Part shown: positions 1 through 13,032 of the stretch, piece after piece
Layout: each line of letters begins with the position of its first letter
Position numbering within the stretch: position 1 is the first letter of the stretch
Assembly (NCBI GenBank): GCA_964016885.1
Contig: OZ024755.1
Location: 12,524,001 to 12,588,000, forward strand
Length of the DNA stretch: 64,000 nt
Direction of reading: 5' to 3'
From: Eledone cirrhosa
Taxonomy: Eukaryota
Translations under genes and position numbers: made by a program
The notes under the pieces: generated by a model
What the model was told of the DNA's origin: nothing
Database searches by the model: none
What the model saw: the letters and a program-made list of their open reading frames with translations, nothing else

Positions 1-1004
1 GATGAGATACGTAAATGTTCGATGATTAATATATGCAAATTTATCGCCTATCACGAAAGAAAAACCGGAATGTAGCCAAACAAGGAATTTATGAATAGTT
101 TCTGAAATGATAGTAACAGCAGCCTTTTGAACTATGAGACTGCCTCCATTTGCAAGGAATTTTCTTTGAAATTAATTGTTAAACCGATGTGGTTATTACA
201 AATACTACTACTTAACACCAGAGTTTAACTCTGTCGAACCCATCTCTAAAACCTTCCGCTCAATGGAATGGACAAGCGAACTGATATGTATGTTTATCAC
301 CCTTAACATCGAATTCTATTTAAATACAGTACTTAACCATAAAATGCTTAAGTTTAAGCTGCAATAGTTTACATGCATATATATGTAAATAAGCACATAT
401 ATTTATTAGAAATTATATACGGACTTACGCACATACATATATATGCACATTTCTAAATATAATTCAGAAAAAAAAATAAAACCCGTACAAGTTAAATAAA
501 GAATGATGATTACTTTAGCCTGAAAAATATATTATTGGTCGTGATACGAATGTAAATACTTCTAGTATATAGTTGTCTCAAAATGGTAGAATTGTTTAAA
601 GGTGAAAAAGAAGAGCCACCTGTTTTCCCAATTTGTTTCGTTTTAACAACTCAGTTGTTTTGAGGACGAAAAAATAAAACTAAAAAAAAAAATAAACTGC
701 TTTTATATCCCCTTTGATATTTATCCCGTTGGTACACTTATGTAAAGATATGATTATTTAAATGTATTTGCTTAAGCATTATATTTAAAATATAAAAAGC
801 TGCAGGTAATTATATCTGAGGAGGTGTTTTAATAGTTTGGTAAAACCACGTTCTCAACTTTGTAGCTTCGTTTTCCTCTCTGTCGACTTTCCTTTTTTCA
901 CTTAAGCTGCAAAGATCTGGTAGAGAGAGAAAAAAAAATAAAGCAGGATTAATATAAAATATCAATGTGATTACATATTTATTGATTACTTAAACATGTA
1001 TATG

Positions 1005-1436
1005 CAGTGCCGGATTTAGCCATAAGATAAACCAGCTACAGCTTAGTTCATGTTGATAGGGATTGAAGGCCCCTTTCATTAAAAACACTCCAGAATCATT
1101 CTATGAGATGCAACCTCGTAAGAGGCCAGCTAAACCTGAATAGCTGTGATCTATAACAATAGTATAGGACTGGAGGTCCCGTTACTAAAAAATTCGACAA
1201 ACTTCCGTAATGCAGATTCGTAGGAAGCTAGCTAAATCGAAAAAAGTGTGGGCTGTAATGGTAGGAATAGGACTCGTACCTATGAGATACAATCTCCTAG
1301 GGAGCCAGCTAAACTTGTATAGGTATGAGTAGTACATTTCATTCCACATGGGCCTCAAAATAATTGAAGGCATATATGGTTTCTATTTTTGTTTAAACAA
1401 TGGCCCCCCAACAATTTCGTAGTTTAGGGACCACTG
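1005..1436. mobile_element. possible degenerate hAT-like MITE
   Basis: Starts CAGTGCCGGATTTAGCC and ends ...GGACCACTG, with a subterminal GGCCCCCC; no matching 8-bp TSD found. Confidence 0.25.
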
Positions 1437-2289
1437 CACATGTTATAGTTCTGTCATTTAATACATCACACATGATAAATGTTATCTTTCTAAATTATAT
1501 TTACACTTTTACATTATTTCGTTTTTGGATTTAAATTAAAATGATATGAAATTTCAAGCGAAAACAGAAACTAGAGCATAAACCAAATTAGTTGAGGGTT
1601 AGTGGTAAGAAACTCACAGGAGAGCTGGACAGCAGAAGGTTTTCAGGGAAGAACCCCCTAACCCCACCTTAACAAGTGTTTTGGCCCTTGACTTCTAGAA
1701 GCTGAAATACGTGCTTGATTATGCATTACTGTTACTTTATCGACCCTGAAAGCTAACCTCAGCAGGATCTAAAATCAGAACGTAAAGGCCGTAAATCTAT
1801 GCCACAAAACACAGTGTTCGACATTCTACTGATACTGCCAATACACCACCCTAACTTCTATTACTCCAATGCTACATAATATTGCTTTGGCTATTTTTGG
1901 CTCTCGTCTTTGGCAATGCCGTATTGCTGATCTTAGACCGGACATTAAACTTAGCTTTGTTCCCTTTCTTATTCCAATCATGTAATTTTCTCCTTCATAT
2001 CCAATTAAACGCCCACCGCCCACATTATGTGGTGGCAGCTACCCTACTACAAGTTTACATCTCATTAGGGCCTCAGTACTGCCATGAAAAGCAAAGTAAA
2101 ATGAAACGTCTCGTTCCAGGACACAGCGTGTCACTCGCTCCAGGAACCAAATACACGACCGTATAATCGTGTGTACAGTGGCCCTAACTACAGGGCAATG
2201 CCACTTCATACGTGTCCTGAAACACAATTAACAATTAAGAAAATTGCACTTAGATTGGGTTTTTTACAAGAAAACTGTCAGATATAGCA

Positions 2290-2665
2290 CTCAAGATTTG
2301 TGAATAGGGCTGTGTATAGTGGTGATGTTGTGTAGGGGTGTGATGTGTAGTGGTATTGTAGGGCTGTCTGTAGTGGTGTGATGCTGTCTGTAGTGGTGTT
2401 GTAGTAGTACTGTGTAGTGGTGTGATGTGCTGTGATGTGTGTAGTGGTGTGATATGATGTGATGCTGTGTGTAATAGTGTTGTGATGTGATGCTCTGTGT
2501 AGTGCTGTTGTAGTGTGTAATGCTGTGGTGCTGTGGTGCTGTATTGTGCTGTGCTGTAATGCATGTTATGGTGTAGTTATTATGATGCTATATGTAATGG
2601 TGTAGTGTTTTGTGTTGTGGTATTGCCTATTGTAATATAGTATGTAGTGGTGTAGTTATCTTGTG
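2290..2665. repeat. low-complexity GTGTAG/GTGATG degenerate repeat
   Basis: Visible degenerate tri/pentanucleotide repeats. Confidence 0.8.
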
Positions 2666-4180
2666 ATGAATAGAAATGTTCTAAAATAGTTGTAGAGAAA
2701 TGGTTGTTATAGCTGACACTGTGTGGAGGGAGGAGAGTACGACAGAGAATTTAGATACAAGATGAAAATATGATTGTTATTACGATAGAAGATTAAAATA
2801 TGATTGCTATTAAGATAACTAAATTGAAATCAGATGGTATGTGTTACAAAACATGGTCTAATATTAATAAGAATATTACTAAGGTATAGATATTTCCTTT
2901 CTTCTATCGACCACGAGTAACATAGTTGGATAACATCCATCGACTGTGTTGGCCTCGCTTTGGGACCAGCCAGGTCAAATAAAGACAGTTGCTACTGATA
3001 GGACATTCTAGAAGGCTTTTTTAAAGATTCTACCCCTATAATACCTCCAAGAATAAGTGGGCGAAAAAGAACTTTATTTGAACAGATATAAAATAAGGAA
3101 ATTTTCTGTTTTAATTAAGAGAAGAAAAAAGAAGGGTTAAAAAAGAATGAAAGGAAGGGGCAAACGCTACACCCTTGACGGGAGCAATGTGAAATAAAGT
3201 GTAATACTCAAGAACAGAAGGTATCGCCCTCAATCGAAATCTCGACACCACGAATGTAAGCAGAAAAGTTTAACAACTAAGCCTTGCTGCTTAACAATGT
3301 GGAAGTACTTAGATAAAATTGTCATCTCCTCTGAGAGCACATTATTACAATATATATGTATATATATATATATATTATATATATTATATATATATTATAT
3401 ATATATTATATATATATTATATATATATATGTTAAATATTTTCCATCTTGGCGTAATAGTCACTTATTTGTATGAATTACTGTTGGCTTCTTGCTCACAT
3501 TAATTTCTCTATTTTCATTTATATATATTATATATATATATATATTATATATACATATATATATTATATATAATATATATATTATATATATAATATATAT
3601 TATATATACATATATATATTATATATATAATATAAATATAATATATATATATATAATATATATTATATATACATATATATATTATATATATAATATATAT
3701 ATACTATATATACTGTATATATTATATATAGTTTCATATAATTAATATAGTAGAACTAGTAGACCAGATATAAGTACTCTCATATAGTCATGGTGTTTTT
3801 TGTGTTGTATTATATTATGAGTGGTGGCGGGGGAGGGGAAGATGGAGGAATGAGAAAAAGCAAAATAGAAAAACTTAAAAATAGATATAAATTAGAAACA
3901 AATAAATATTAAAGATATGACTAAAGCTTGAAGAAATATATATATATACATTTTTATTAGAATAACAGATTAAAGTGTAAGCAAAGAATCGCTGCTTTCA
4001 CCCTCTTTGGAATTTAGTCTTCAAATTTATTATTACTATATATATACATATATATATATATGAAAATATGGGTGAGAAGAATACTGCTGGTTGCACATGG
4101 ATAACATGTTATATAATGAGTCCCTCATCAGTGATTTACCAAACGATCATGGGTATTTCATCGCAAGCTTTAGTCATATC

Positions 4181-4217
<37 letters not shown>

Positions 4218-4220
4218 ACA

Positions 4221-4381
4221 CTTGTTTCTAAGGCCAGCAATTATCCCAGTGTATTACTGGTGCTTTATTTTATAGACCCCATAAGGATAAAAGGCAAAGT
4301 TAACCTCGTCGGGATTTGAACTCAGACCATAAAGGGCCGTAACTCTTTGCTGCAAAGCATGGCGTCCGACCCTCTACTGAT
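4221..4381 (-). mobile_element. tRNA-derived SINE family 1, partial
   Basis: Matches the full copies at 8961, 12844 and 51193 (ggtgctttattttatagacccc...ggatttgaactcag). Confidence 0.85.
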
Positions 4382-4423
4382 ATAATAATAAACGAAAAAT
4401 ATATACTATATATCATCTCTATT

Positions 4424-4494
4424 TATTTCATTATATATATTTCGAAGATGTAAAGTTTTATGTAAAGCAAAACATGTCCTCCTCAGATAAAATA
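4424..4494 (-). ncRNA. type I hammerhead ribozyme (family B-related)
   Basis: Reverse complement: tattttat-CTGAGGA-gga catgt...acat cttc-GAA-ATATATAT-A-atgaaata; intact core, palindromic stem III, 8-bp stem I with one G-U. Confidence 0.65.
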
Positions 4495-4531
4495 CATAGA
4501 AAATGTGTATATATATATATAGTTAAGTACC

Positions 4532-4733
4532 TAATAAACAACATAAGATAATTATTCCATTTACCAGTGGTTTCTTGAAGACAGATATTTATATCTGTCT
4601 TCAGTTGTCAGTATGAATAACATAGAATGTTTAATAAACATTCTATATTATTCATTCTGACGACTGAAGACAGATATAAATATGTCTTCAAGAAACCACT
4701 GGTAAATGAAATAATTATCTTATGTTGTTTATT
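4532..4733. repeat. long inverted repeat (hairpin) carrying head-to-head hammerhead copies
   Basis: ~100-bp arms centred near 4633, e.g. taataaacaacataagataattatt / aataattatcttatgttgtttatta. Confidence 0.9.
4651..4710 (+). ncRNA. type I hammerhead ribozyme (family E)
   Basis: ttcatt-CTGACGA-c tgaagaca(gatataaata)tgtcttca a-GAA-ACCA c TGGT-A-aatgaa; GUA cleavage triplet; the minus-strand partner at 4555-4617 has core CTGACAA. Confidence 0.8.
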
Positions 4734-4969
4734 ACATAACTAAAAAGCTCTGTAGCCTACATAGAGCACTCTCTTTTCCTTTACCTTTCCTACGGAAATA
4801 CTTTATATATATATATGAACTAAAAGCCTGTTGAAAAAGTGACTTCCTTGTTCAATCATCTTACCAGAAGCCTAACATTATTTGTCTAAGCGGACAGTAC
4901 TTGATTTAGGAGTCGCAGAAACCCAAATGCTGGACTTTCACCAAACATCCAGGGGTCCGGGTAAATTTT

Positions 4970-5173
4970 TCAATCACATTTTTTTTATTTGTTTGACCCG
5001 AATTACTTGGTCGTTTCTATGGCTGTGCGGATAACGGTTTAACCATCGTCTCAGTGTGTTTGGCCTTTTAACGTATGTTGTAGCTCTGGTTCGTCAGAAT
5101 CTATTGAGCGCTTGCCACACATCTCGGAAGTTGTTTTTCGCTAATTTCCAAAGCCGAAATACGATTCTCGCTA

Positions 5174-5178
<5 letters not shown>
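4970..5178. repeat. dispersed repeat family D abutting (TA)n
   Basis: Reverse complement of 53075-53285; partial copy at 37428-37485. Confidence 0.8.
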
Positions 5179-5234
<56 letters not shown>

Positions 5235-6080
5235 GACTCGGTGTTTGGGTGTGTAACACTTCATAGGTATAAGAGTATAATAGTGAGGAGTGGAAAACTA
5301 AGTAATTTCCCAAAAATGGTACAAGAGAAGAAAAGAATTTTCTGTAGTCGAATTCAGAGGTCATATTGGTTTAATGCCATATGTAGCGTATATATACAGG
5401 GTGTCCCCCAAAAATGTATACACACTTTGATTAGAATGTATATATATATATATATGTATATATGTATATATGTATGTATATATGTGCGCGTGTGTGTGAG
5501 ATAAGTTATATATATATATATATATGTATGTATATACATATATGCGTGTGCTTGTGAGATAAGATACATATATATATATTTATATTTATATTTATACATA
5601 CAATATCATGCATATACACACTTACATGCAGAATACAGATAATATAAAGCATCTGATTCAGTCCAACATAGTTCGTAGCTTAAATCACAACTGATCAGCA
5701 TTCACTGCCCCCCCCCCCCTCTCTCTCTCTCTCTCTCGTTAACTGATATCGTTGTACAGACACTCAAATGCCTGCTTGGTCTTATTTACACAATAAACCT
5801 CTTGCCAAAGTCAAATGAAGCCCACCTTCGTATATTTACATATATGCATACATACATATATGTATATATAGATACAGATGCAGATTCATACATATATATA
5901 TATATATATATACACACACGGCGATACATTCTTAGACACGCATATATGTACCTATATATGTGTATATGCACATATATACGCACACAGATTCATACATACT
6001 TCCGAGTAAGCTGTTCTTTGTGTAGGTGTGTATTCATACCTACAATTCTACTCATCTGTATGTGTTTATATATATATATT

Positions 6081-6123
<43 letters not shown>

Positions 6124-6144
6124 ACATATGTAGATATATATATA

Positions 6145-7100
6145 GTGGTTAGGACGGAACAGGAGGAGAAAGGAAGAAAGGAGTTTCCATCGTCAGCTGT
6201 AAATGTTTCCCGAACCGATGTTTCGACGCTGAATTACAGGACATCGGTGTAGTTCGGGTGCGCCCGAGGCCTTTTATTAATCAAAAGGCCAGGTGGAAAA
6301 GGAGAGAGAAAAAGAGAGGACAAAAGGAGAGAGAAAAGGCAAGAGAGGGAAAGGAGGAAAAACAGGGGGGAAAAGATGAGGGGAGAGGGGGGAAATAGGA
6401 AAGGAATGGAAGAAAAAAGTGTACAGATCCCACCGTGGGAAGACACAGGTGAAAGAAACATGCAAAAAAGTAACTGTGGAAAAATAGGGAAAATAAGTTG
6501 TGGCCAACCTGGGAGACTTTAGCCTGGTGGTCAGGTACGACTCAGGGCTGGTATAACCGTGCTGCCTCTCGTATAGACAGGAGAGAGAGAGAGAGAGAGA
6601 GATACACGGGCAACCAAAAGAGAGGAGAAGGGAAAGGGAGATAATCCAGAAGGATTTTTTACGACAGTGGTAAAAACGTGCCGTAAATATTGCGGATAGA
6701 GAGGCCACCACGGCACGTGTAAACATGTCAACAATCAAAACCGAACGGATGGATAGAGAGAGAGAGAGAGAGAGAGAGAAAAACGAGAGTGGGGAGAGAG
6801 AAAAAAACGAGAGTGGGGAGAGAGAAAAAAACGAGAGTGGGGAGAGGGAAGAGAGAAGGGAGGGTCGATGCGAAAGTGTGGAGGGTACACAGATCGACCA
6901 AAGCAGGTAGGGTGACAGCGGTAAATACAAAAAGTTATGAAACGAAAGGAGCTGAGTGGTTTTCCACGGTTACTTTTTTGCATGTTTCTTTCACCTGTGT
7001 CTTCCCACGATGGGATCTGTACACTTTTTTTCTTCCATTCCTTTCCTATTTTCCCCCCTCCCTCTCTCCTCATCTTTTTCCCCCCTGTTTTTCCTCCTTT
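6145..7100 (-). mobile_element. degenerate Penelope-like element 3' fragment (GIY-YIG remnant, pyrimidine-rich UTR, HHR relic, inverted UTR copy)
   Basis: Frameshifted minus-strand peptides TCRGGLSIRN (cf. C..GLYIGE) and ESYLTTRLKS/QVGHNLFS (cf. ESYLI.RL.TL.P.GLN); HHR-like relic 6210-6258; 6352-6483 is inverted at 6960-7098. Confidence 0.4.
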
Positions 7101-7355
7101 CCTTTTCTAGGGAAAAAGGTGTCGATCACCGAAATTTCAAAGTCACAACCATCCATTTTTCGTGGTGCTTGTGTGTATACACAGTAAATATATTTATATA
7201 AAGTATAATATACTTCAAAGAATAACTTTTCTTTTGAACATTTTATATTGAAAACACAACTGTGCTCCAGTTTGGTCATTGTAATTAAAGAATTTAGTAT
7301 TTGCTTGCTAGTTATTTATGCTTAGCTTGGAATCATAGGATTTCCAAACCCATGT

Positions 7356-7401
7356 GTCTTTTAGAGTTTCGAGGTCTTCACTGCCTCATCTTCAGAATGA
7401 C
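7356..7401 (-). ncRNA. minimal type I hammerhead ribozyme
   Basis: Reverse complement: gtcatt-CTGAAGA-t-gagg(cagtgaaga)cctc-GAA-A ctc T-A-aaagac; a second partial copy (CTGAAGAtgggg) lies near 7500-7520 in a ~120-bp diverged tandem duplication. Confidence 0.6.
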
Positions 7402-8256
7402 CATACTAGTGGCGTATAGTTTCACAGGCTTAGCAGATATGTGTTAAAGGATCATGGGAGTGATATGAAACCATGGACGGGGACACACACACACACACAC
7501 CGCCCCATCTTCAGTAATCAGAATAGTTATACTCTTGACGTATAGTTCACACGCTTAGCAATGGTTTTAAAGGACCACGGACACACACACAGACACTTAT
7601 AACCTTGTCCAAGAAAAGCAATTCTGTGGTGTAAGCCTATCTTTTTCGACACAACTAGTTGTTGTGTAAACAAGTCTCTCTGATTTCTCTCAGGAAGGTT
7701 CAATGTTAAACAGGACTTTCTTATATTTTTATGGCATTTTCTAGTCGCATTCTTAGGCAATCTCTCGGGAGAAAGGCAAACAGCAGTTTTATAGCTTAGA
7801 ATTTTATATTATTTTCTCCTCCGCCACCTACATATTTCTTATCATTTCTTATTCTCTTTGGGTATTATTTGCTTTCAGATATGTGTGGGAGGGTTCGTTT
7901 ACGTGTGTGTATACAACTTGATGTGTAGTTGTGTGGGTTGAGGGATGTTGTATGTGTGTGGGGGTTGGGGGATGTTATGTGTATGTGTGTGGGGGGGGGG
8001 GGGGGGGTTAATGTGCATGTTAGAGTATTTATGACTGTAAATGTGTAAATTTGCGAAAGGTTGCTGAGAAGGATATGATCGTGTAAATATGTGAGTTAAG
8101 AAAGGGAGACGAGAGGTCCGTATGTGGGTGTAAGAGTATATATAGTTGTACGTGTATATATGTATATATATATATATATTATATATATATACACATATAT
8201 ATATATATATACACACATATATATATATATATATACACACATATATATACACACAC

Positions 8257-8287
<31 letters not shown>

Positions 8288-8342
8288 TATATATACACAC
8301 ACACACACATATATATACACACACACAGATATATATACATAT

Positions 8343-8405
<63 letters not shown>

Positions 8406-8960
8406 TGCTCGCACACACATTCATAAGTGCATACATATGTGAGTACATATTTGTGAGCTTAAATAATGAATGCCTCACTGAATGCAAGAGCACGCGAGGT
8501 AAATAAATTATGCAAATGAGTGACTCTATAAACACGCGTATGTGTAATGTGTATTGTGTGTATATGTACACGGATGCATGACATGAATCACGAGTTACAC
8601 GCATTGACAGGCCGTTGGAACGAGAAAGAATGTATCGCAAAGAAAGGATTACGTCAACGAATTATGATATAGTCGCCAAAGAGTTCCATTCCTCGGGATG
8701 GTCGAATTAGGTGGTTCGTTTCACAATCATAAGGACCCGAGTTTCATCCCACTGCTTGGCATCTTGGGCAAATGTTAACCAAAGGCTTGTGAGTGAGATT
8801 GGGTAGAGGAAAACTGTTTGGTAGCCCGTCAGATGGACGACTGTGCCTATGAAAATCCCAGCATCCTCATGAACTGTGTCATACTGGATATGCCAGAGTA
8901 TTACGTTAAGTGTACTACACGTGTCTATAAAATCCACAGTCACTCGCTTTATATATATAT

Positions 8961-9149
8961 AATTGTTTCTACTTTAGACACAAGGCCAGCAATTACCCAG
9001 TGCATTACTGGTACTTTATTTTATCGACTCCGTAAGGATGAAAGGCAAAGTTAACCTCGGCGGGATTTGAACTCAGACCGTAAAGGGACGTAACTATGCT
9101 GGAAAGCATGGTGTCCGACCCTCTACCGATACTGCCAATCCCCCGCCCT
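8961..9149 (-). mobile_element. tRNA-derived SINE family 1, full length
   Basis: Reverse complement has A box TGGCAGTATCGG and B box GAGTTCAAATCC; more than 15 copies in the window. Confidence 0.9.
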
Positions 9150-9160
9150 TATATATATAT

Positions 9161-9808
9161 AATTGTTTCTACATTAGGCACGAGACCAGCAATTTGAAGG
9201 GGAGTACAAAGTCCAGTAAATCGACCCCAGCGCGTGATTGGTACTTTATTTTATCAACCCCGAAATGATGAATGGCAAAGTAGACCTTAGCGGGATTTGA
9301 ACTCAGTACGTAAAGAGCCGGAATAAATGCCGCTCATCATTTTCTCCGAAACTCTACTGATTCTGCCAATCAACCACCCTACTTGCTTTATATATAACGA
9401 TGTCTACTATAGGCACAAGGCCAGCAATTTGGGGGGAGGGGAAAGTCGATTATATCGACCCGTGCATTACTGGTGCTATATTATATATATATATATATAC
9501 CCTACTTGCTTTATATATAATTCTTTCTACTTTTGGCACAAGGCCAGCAATTATTCCAATGTATTACTGGTACTTTATTTTATCGACCTCCTAAGGATGA
9601 AAGGCAAACTTGCTTTATATATAATTCTTTCTACTTTTGGCACAAGGCCAGCAATTAATCCAATGTATTACTGGTACTTTATTTTATCCACCCCGTAAGG
9701 ATGAAAGGCAAAATTAACCTCGGCGGGATTTGAACTCAGACCGTAAAGAGCCGTAACTCTATGCGTCAAAGCATGGCGTCCGACCCTCTACCGATTCTAC
9801 CAATCCAC
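9161..9808 (-). mobile_element. tandem cluster of SINE family 1 copies and fragments
   Basis: Four successive (partial) copies separated by cttgctttatatataa. Confidence 0.85.
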
Positions 9809-9829
9809 TTGCTTTATATATAATAAAAG

Positions 9830-10010
9830 ATGGACTGTACCTGTAATTCAAAGAGCCAGCCTTGTCACACACTGTCTCAAGTGGAATCTTCATGAGAATT
9901 ACGTTAAGACTACACGTGTCTGTGGCATATACAACCATTTGTAGGTTAAGTTCACGAGCATATTGTTCTGCTAGAACGGTGCATAGTCGAAACAGACGGA
10001 AGTACATTCC
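9830..10010 (+). mobile_element. SINE 3'-domain repeat (ccagccttgtcacac...acacgtgtctgtgg)
   Basis: Same domain recurs at ~8850, 16660(-), 17375, 18600, 32535, 49545, 54065(-) and 54675. Confidence 0.7.
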
Positions 10011-10628
10011 AATTCCATTGACTTACAAAGCAAAATGTGTATGTTAATCATACTTCGACTTCAATGAATTTTCCTGAACGCAAGCCAAACAGAGGGCGGG
10101 GCTGGGAGTTCCCACTTGGCATGGGTCCAAACTTTTGGGGTGGGTTGGATCTTTCTTACTTCATGCAATGACATGAACTTCGGTGAGATTTAAATATTTA
10201 GACAGAATTATATCCAGAATTGATACCGCAAGGGATCTCGTCCGATGCTCTAACAATTCTGCCAATCCACCACACATGTACTAGTACTTTATTTATCGAC
10301 CACCAAATGATGAAAGGCAAAGTTATCTTCGGTGAGATTTAAACTAACAACTCATATATATATATATATATAAACAGGGAGAAAAAGACGATTATTAGGA
10401 AGAAAAATTTTTTTTTTTTCTCTTTTTTCTGGGCTAGAAAATGATTAAAACGAAATCTTTTACTTTGTGTGAAGTGTTAAGGTATTAGTTGATTTATTTA
10501 TTAATTAACAATAACATTTATTTATATATTTAATAATATATATTTATATATTTATTTATATATATATATATATATTTATTTATTTATATTTTTAATAATA
10601 TATATATATATATATATATATATGCGCT

Positions 10629-10693
10629 GTTAGTTTACCGAGCTGAGGGTCCGAATAAGGTCAAACATTTTGTGCTCGGTATGGTGAACTAAC
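10629..10693 (+). ncRNA. degenerate type I hammerhead ribozyme
   Basis: gttagtttaccgag-CTGAGGG-tcc gaataa ggtc-AAAC atttt GT-G-ctcggt..aactaac; stem I intact, core mutated. Confidence 0.4.
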
Positions 10694-10786
10694 TGTTATG
10701 GAACTACTTCTACCAAACTCATCCCATGGACTGAGTGCTCTACTACTACGGATATAGCCCACCACTGTTCTACTATATATATATAT

Positions 10787-10901
10787 AGTAATAATAATAA
10801 ATTTGAAGACTAAAATTCAAAGAGTTCTTATATATTTGATGTATATTTATCCTTATCGAACCCTCTTTGTATTTTAGTCTTCAAATTTATTATTATTACT
10901 A
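10787..10901. repeat. inverted repeat between (TA)n tracts
   Basis: agtaataataataaatttgaagactaaaat / attttagtcttcaaatttattattattact; the right arm is also present at 4003-4038. Confidence 0.85.
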
Positions 10902-10916
10902 CATATATATATATAC

Positions 10917-10977
<61 letters not shown>

Positions 10978-11495
10978 TATATATATATAAATATATATGA
11001 GAGAGAGAGAGAGAGAAAGCGGAGAAAGAGAGAGAGAGAGAGCGAGAAAGAGAGAGAGAGAGAGCGAGAGAGAGAGAGTCTGTAGTGTTGAGACTGAGAA
11101 GACCACTAATCATGGGAGTACTATATGCTTGGGGAGATGCAGGGTGGGTATCCCTCTCTCTCTTTATATATATGCATGTAAATCTCTGTAGAGATATAAA
11201 TTTGCACGGGTGTCTATTTATGTGCAGGCAAGGATATGTGGCAGAGAGTGTGAGTTGGGGAGGTAGACATGCAGTACCGGTTACCTACGATTATCTATGA
11301 GTTATTTTTCTATTTATCATCCCGTTCCTCTACCCCGCTGTTTCTGAATTCCTGAGAGAGCACATTCCTCCTTTTTCGTTTGTACTGTTAACGCCAACGA
11401 CTTGTATTGTTCTAAATATGTCTTTTGTTTCTTCAGCAGTTCTACAACTGAGAACTCTCTTTCTTATATATATATATACACACACACATATACTC

Positions 11496-11537
<42 letters not shown>

Positions 11538-11540
<3 letters not shown>

Positions 11541-11711
11541 AAAAAGTATGAGCCCGACGGCAGAGCTCTGGACAGTCCAGAAATAGCCGTCGAAACGGCT
11601 TGAACTCTGCCGTCGAGGTCATACTTTTTCCTATTTCCCACTCTACTACCCTAAGTATTGAATACTCTGGTGCGTTATGGTCCATCTGGCTCCTTACCAC
11701 AATTCCTTTGT

Positions 11712-11713
<2 letters not shown>
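11538..11713 (+). mobile_element. family X module with fold-back 5' end (half-hammerhead)
   Basis: GAAACGGCTTGAACTCTGCCGTC stem III/GUC motif followed by the conserved tail ccactctactaccctaagtattga...ccttaccaca; other copies at 26873, 34220, 46668, 52932, 60415, 62147. Confidence 0.7.
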
Positions 11714-11743
<30 letters not shown>

Positions 11744-11748
11744 ATATA

Positions 11749-11944
11749 TAGGACGAGAACTGTTTCATTCGGGAGAAATCATCAAGGAGCCATCAGGAAG
11801 CCAATCAGGGCTTCCTAATGATTTCTCCCGAATGAAACAGTTCTAGTCCTGTAGAAGCCATTTCTGTATTAAATATTTGTACTGTGCTATAATTTGAGGA
11901 CCTTATTCACTGTGGTTACCCCCGATTGAACCCGAGATAAACTT
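11749..11944 (+). mobile_element. family A HHR module with inverted 5' partial copy
   Basis: HHR at 11809-11859: ggcttc-CTAATGA-tttc tccc gaat-GAA-ACAG ttctagtc CTGT-A-gaagcc (core G5->A); tail ctgtggttacccccgattgaacc. Confidence 0.75.
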
Positions 11945-12249
11945 ATATACATATATATATGCATGTATGTTTGAATTTCATTTCCGGCGGTGCGTTGTGT
12001 CCTTGATCAAAACATTTTATTTAACGTTGCTCCAGTCCACTGAGTTATATCTATGATATAATGGGCCAACCTCATCACTGTGCCTCACTGAACCTGTCTC
12101 AGAATTACCATCTCTGAAGAATGCTCAGCCATGTGCTTGTATTTTGCTTCTTTTTCTTAATTTTGAGTTTACTTTTGACCGGCCACCTTCCTGGCAACAA
12201 GGTTGTAAAGAAAAGGAATATTTCGTGGTCTTTTGTACAAACATTCATC

Positions 12250-12640
12250 ATTTGAATCTTGAAAGTTCCAGATATATTGTCCTTATGAATCAAGGAGCTG
12301 CGTTGTTTTCCGTCAGATCGATGATCAATCGTACTTTGGTTCAGACGGGTTGGTATATAAACTGTATCTCCAGTAACAATAGGTATAAAACCTAACGTGT
12401 CTTTTCGTTCTGGATTTGCAAACTCCTCATCAATGGTCCGTAGATATCCTACTCCTCTCTTGCATTTTTTTTTACTAAATTGACATCGGATGTGCAGCCG
12501 ACTTCTACAACAGAACATACTTTATGAGGTCTCAAACAACAATATCTGACCGGTTGTCTTTTAATTTGATGTACGATGGTGGTTTTTGATTTTAGGTTCC
12601 AGCAATATTCCTTTGAGCTATCAGTCTCTACATGTTTCAT
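12250..12640 (-). pseudogene. non-LTR retrotransposon restriction-like endonuclease (RLE) remnant (R2/R4/NeSL-type)
   Basis: Frameshifted peptides DNRSDIVV*D / KVCSVVEVGCTSDVNLVKK.AREE*DIYGPLMRSLQ / FIPIVTGDTVYIP resemble the RLE signature RPD...E...K...Y...PIV.G..G. Confidence 0.7.
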
Positions 12641-12843
12641 TTATGTATGTGTGTGTATGTACGCACGTATGTATGTATCTGTGTGTATGCACGTATGTAT
12701 GTATGTGTGTGTATGTATGTGTGTGTATGTATGTGTGTGTGTATGTACGCACGTATGTATCTATGTATGTCTGTGTATGCATCTGTGTGTATGGATATAC
12801 ATACATATAGCCGTACATTTGTTATATTATCCAATTATATCAT

Positions 12844-13032
12844 AATTGTTTCTACTTTAGGCACAAGGCCAGCAATTACCCAGTGCATTACTGGTACTTT
12901 ATTTTATCGACCCCGTAAGGATGAAAGGCAAAGTCAACCTCGGCGGGATTTGAACTCAGATCGTAAAGGGACGTAACTATGCTGGAAAGCATGGCGTCCG
13001 ACCCTCCACCGATACTGCCAATCCACCGCCCT
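12844..13032 (-). mobile_element. SINE family 1, full length with TSD
   Basis: A/B boxes; direct repeat ccaattatatcataat at 12831-12846 and 13035-13050. Confidence 0.92.
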
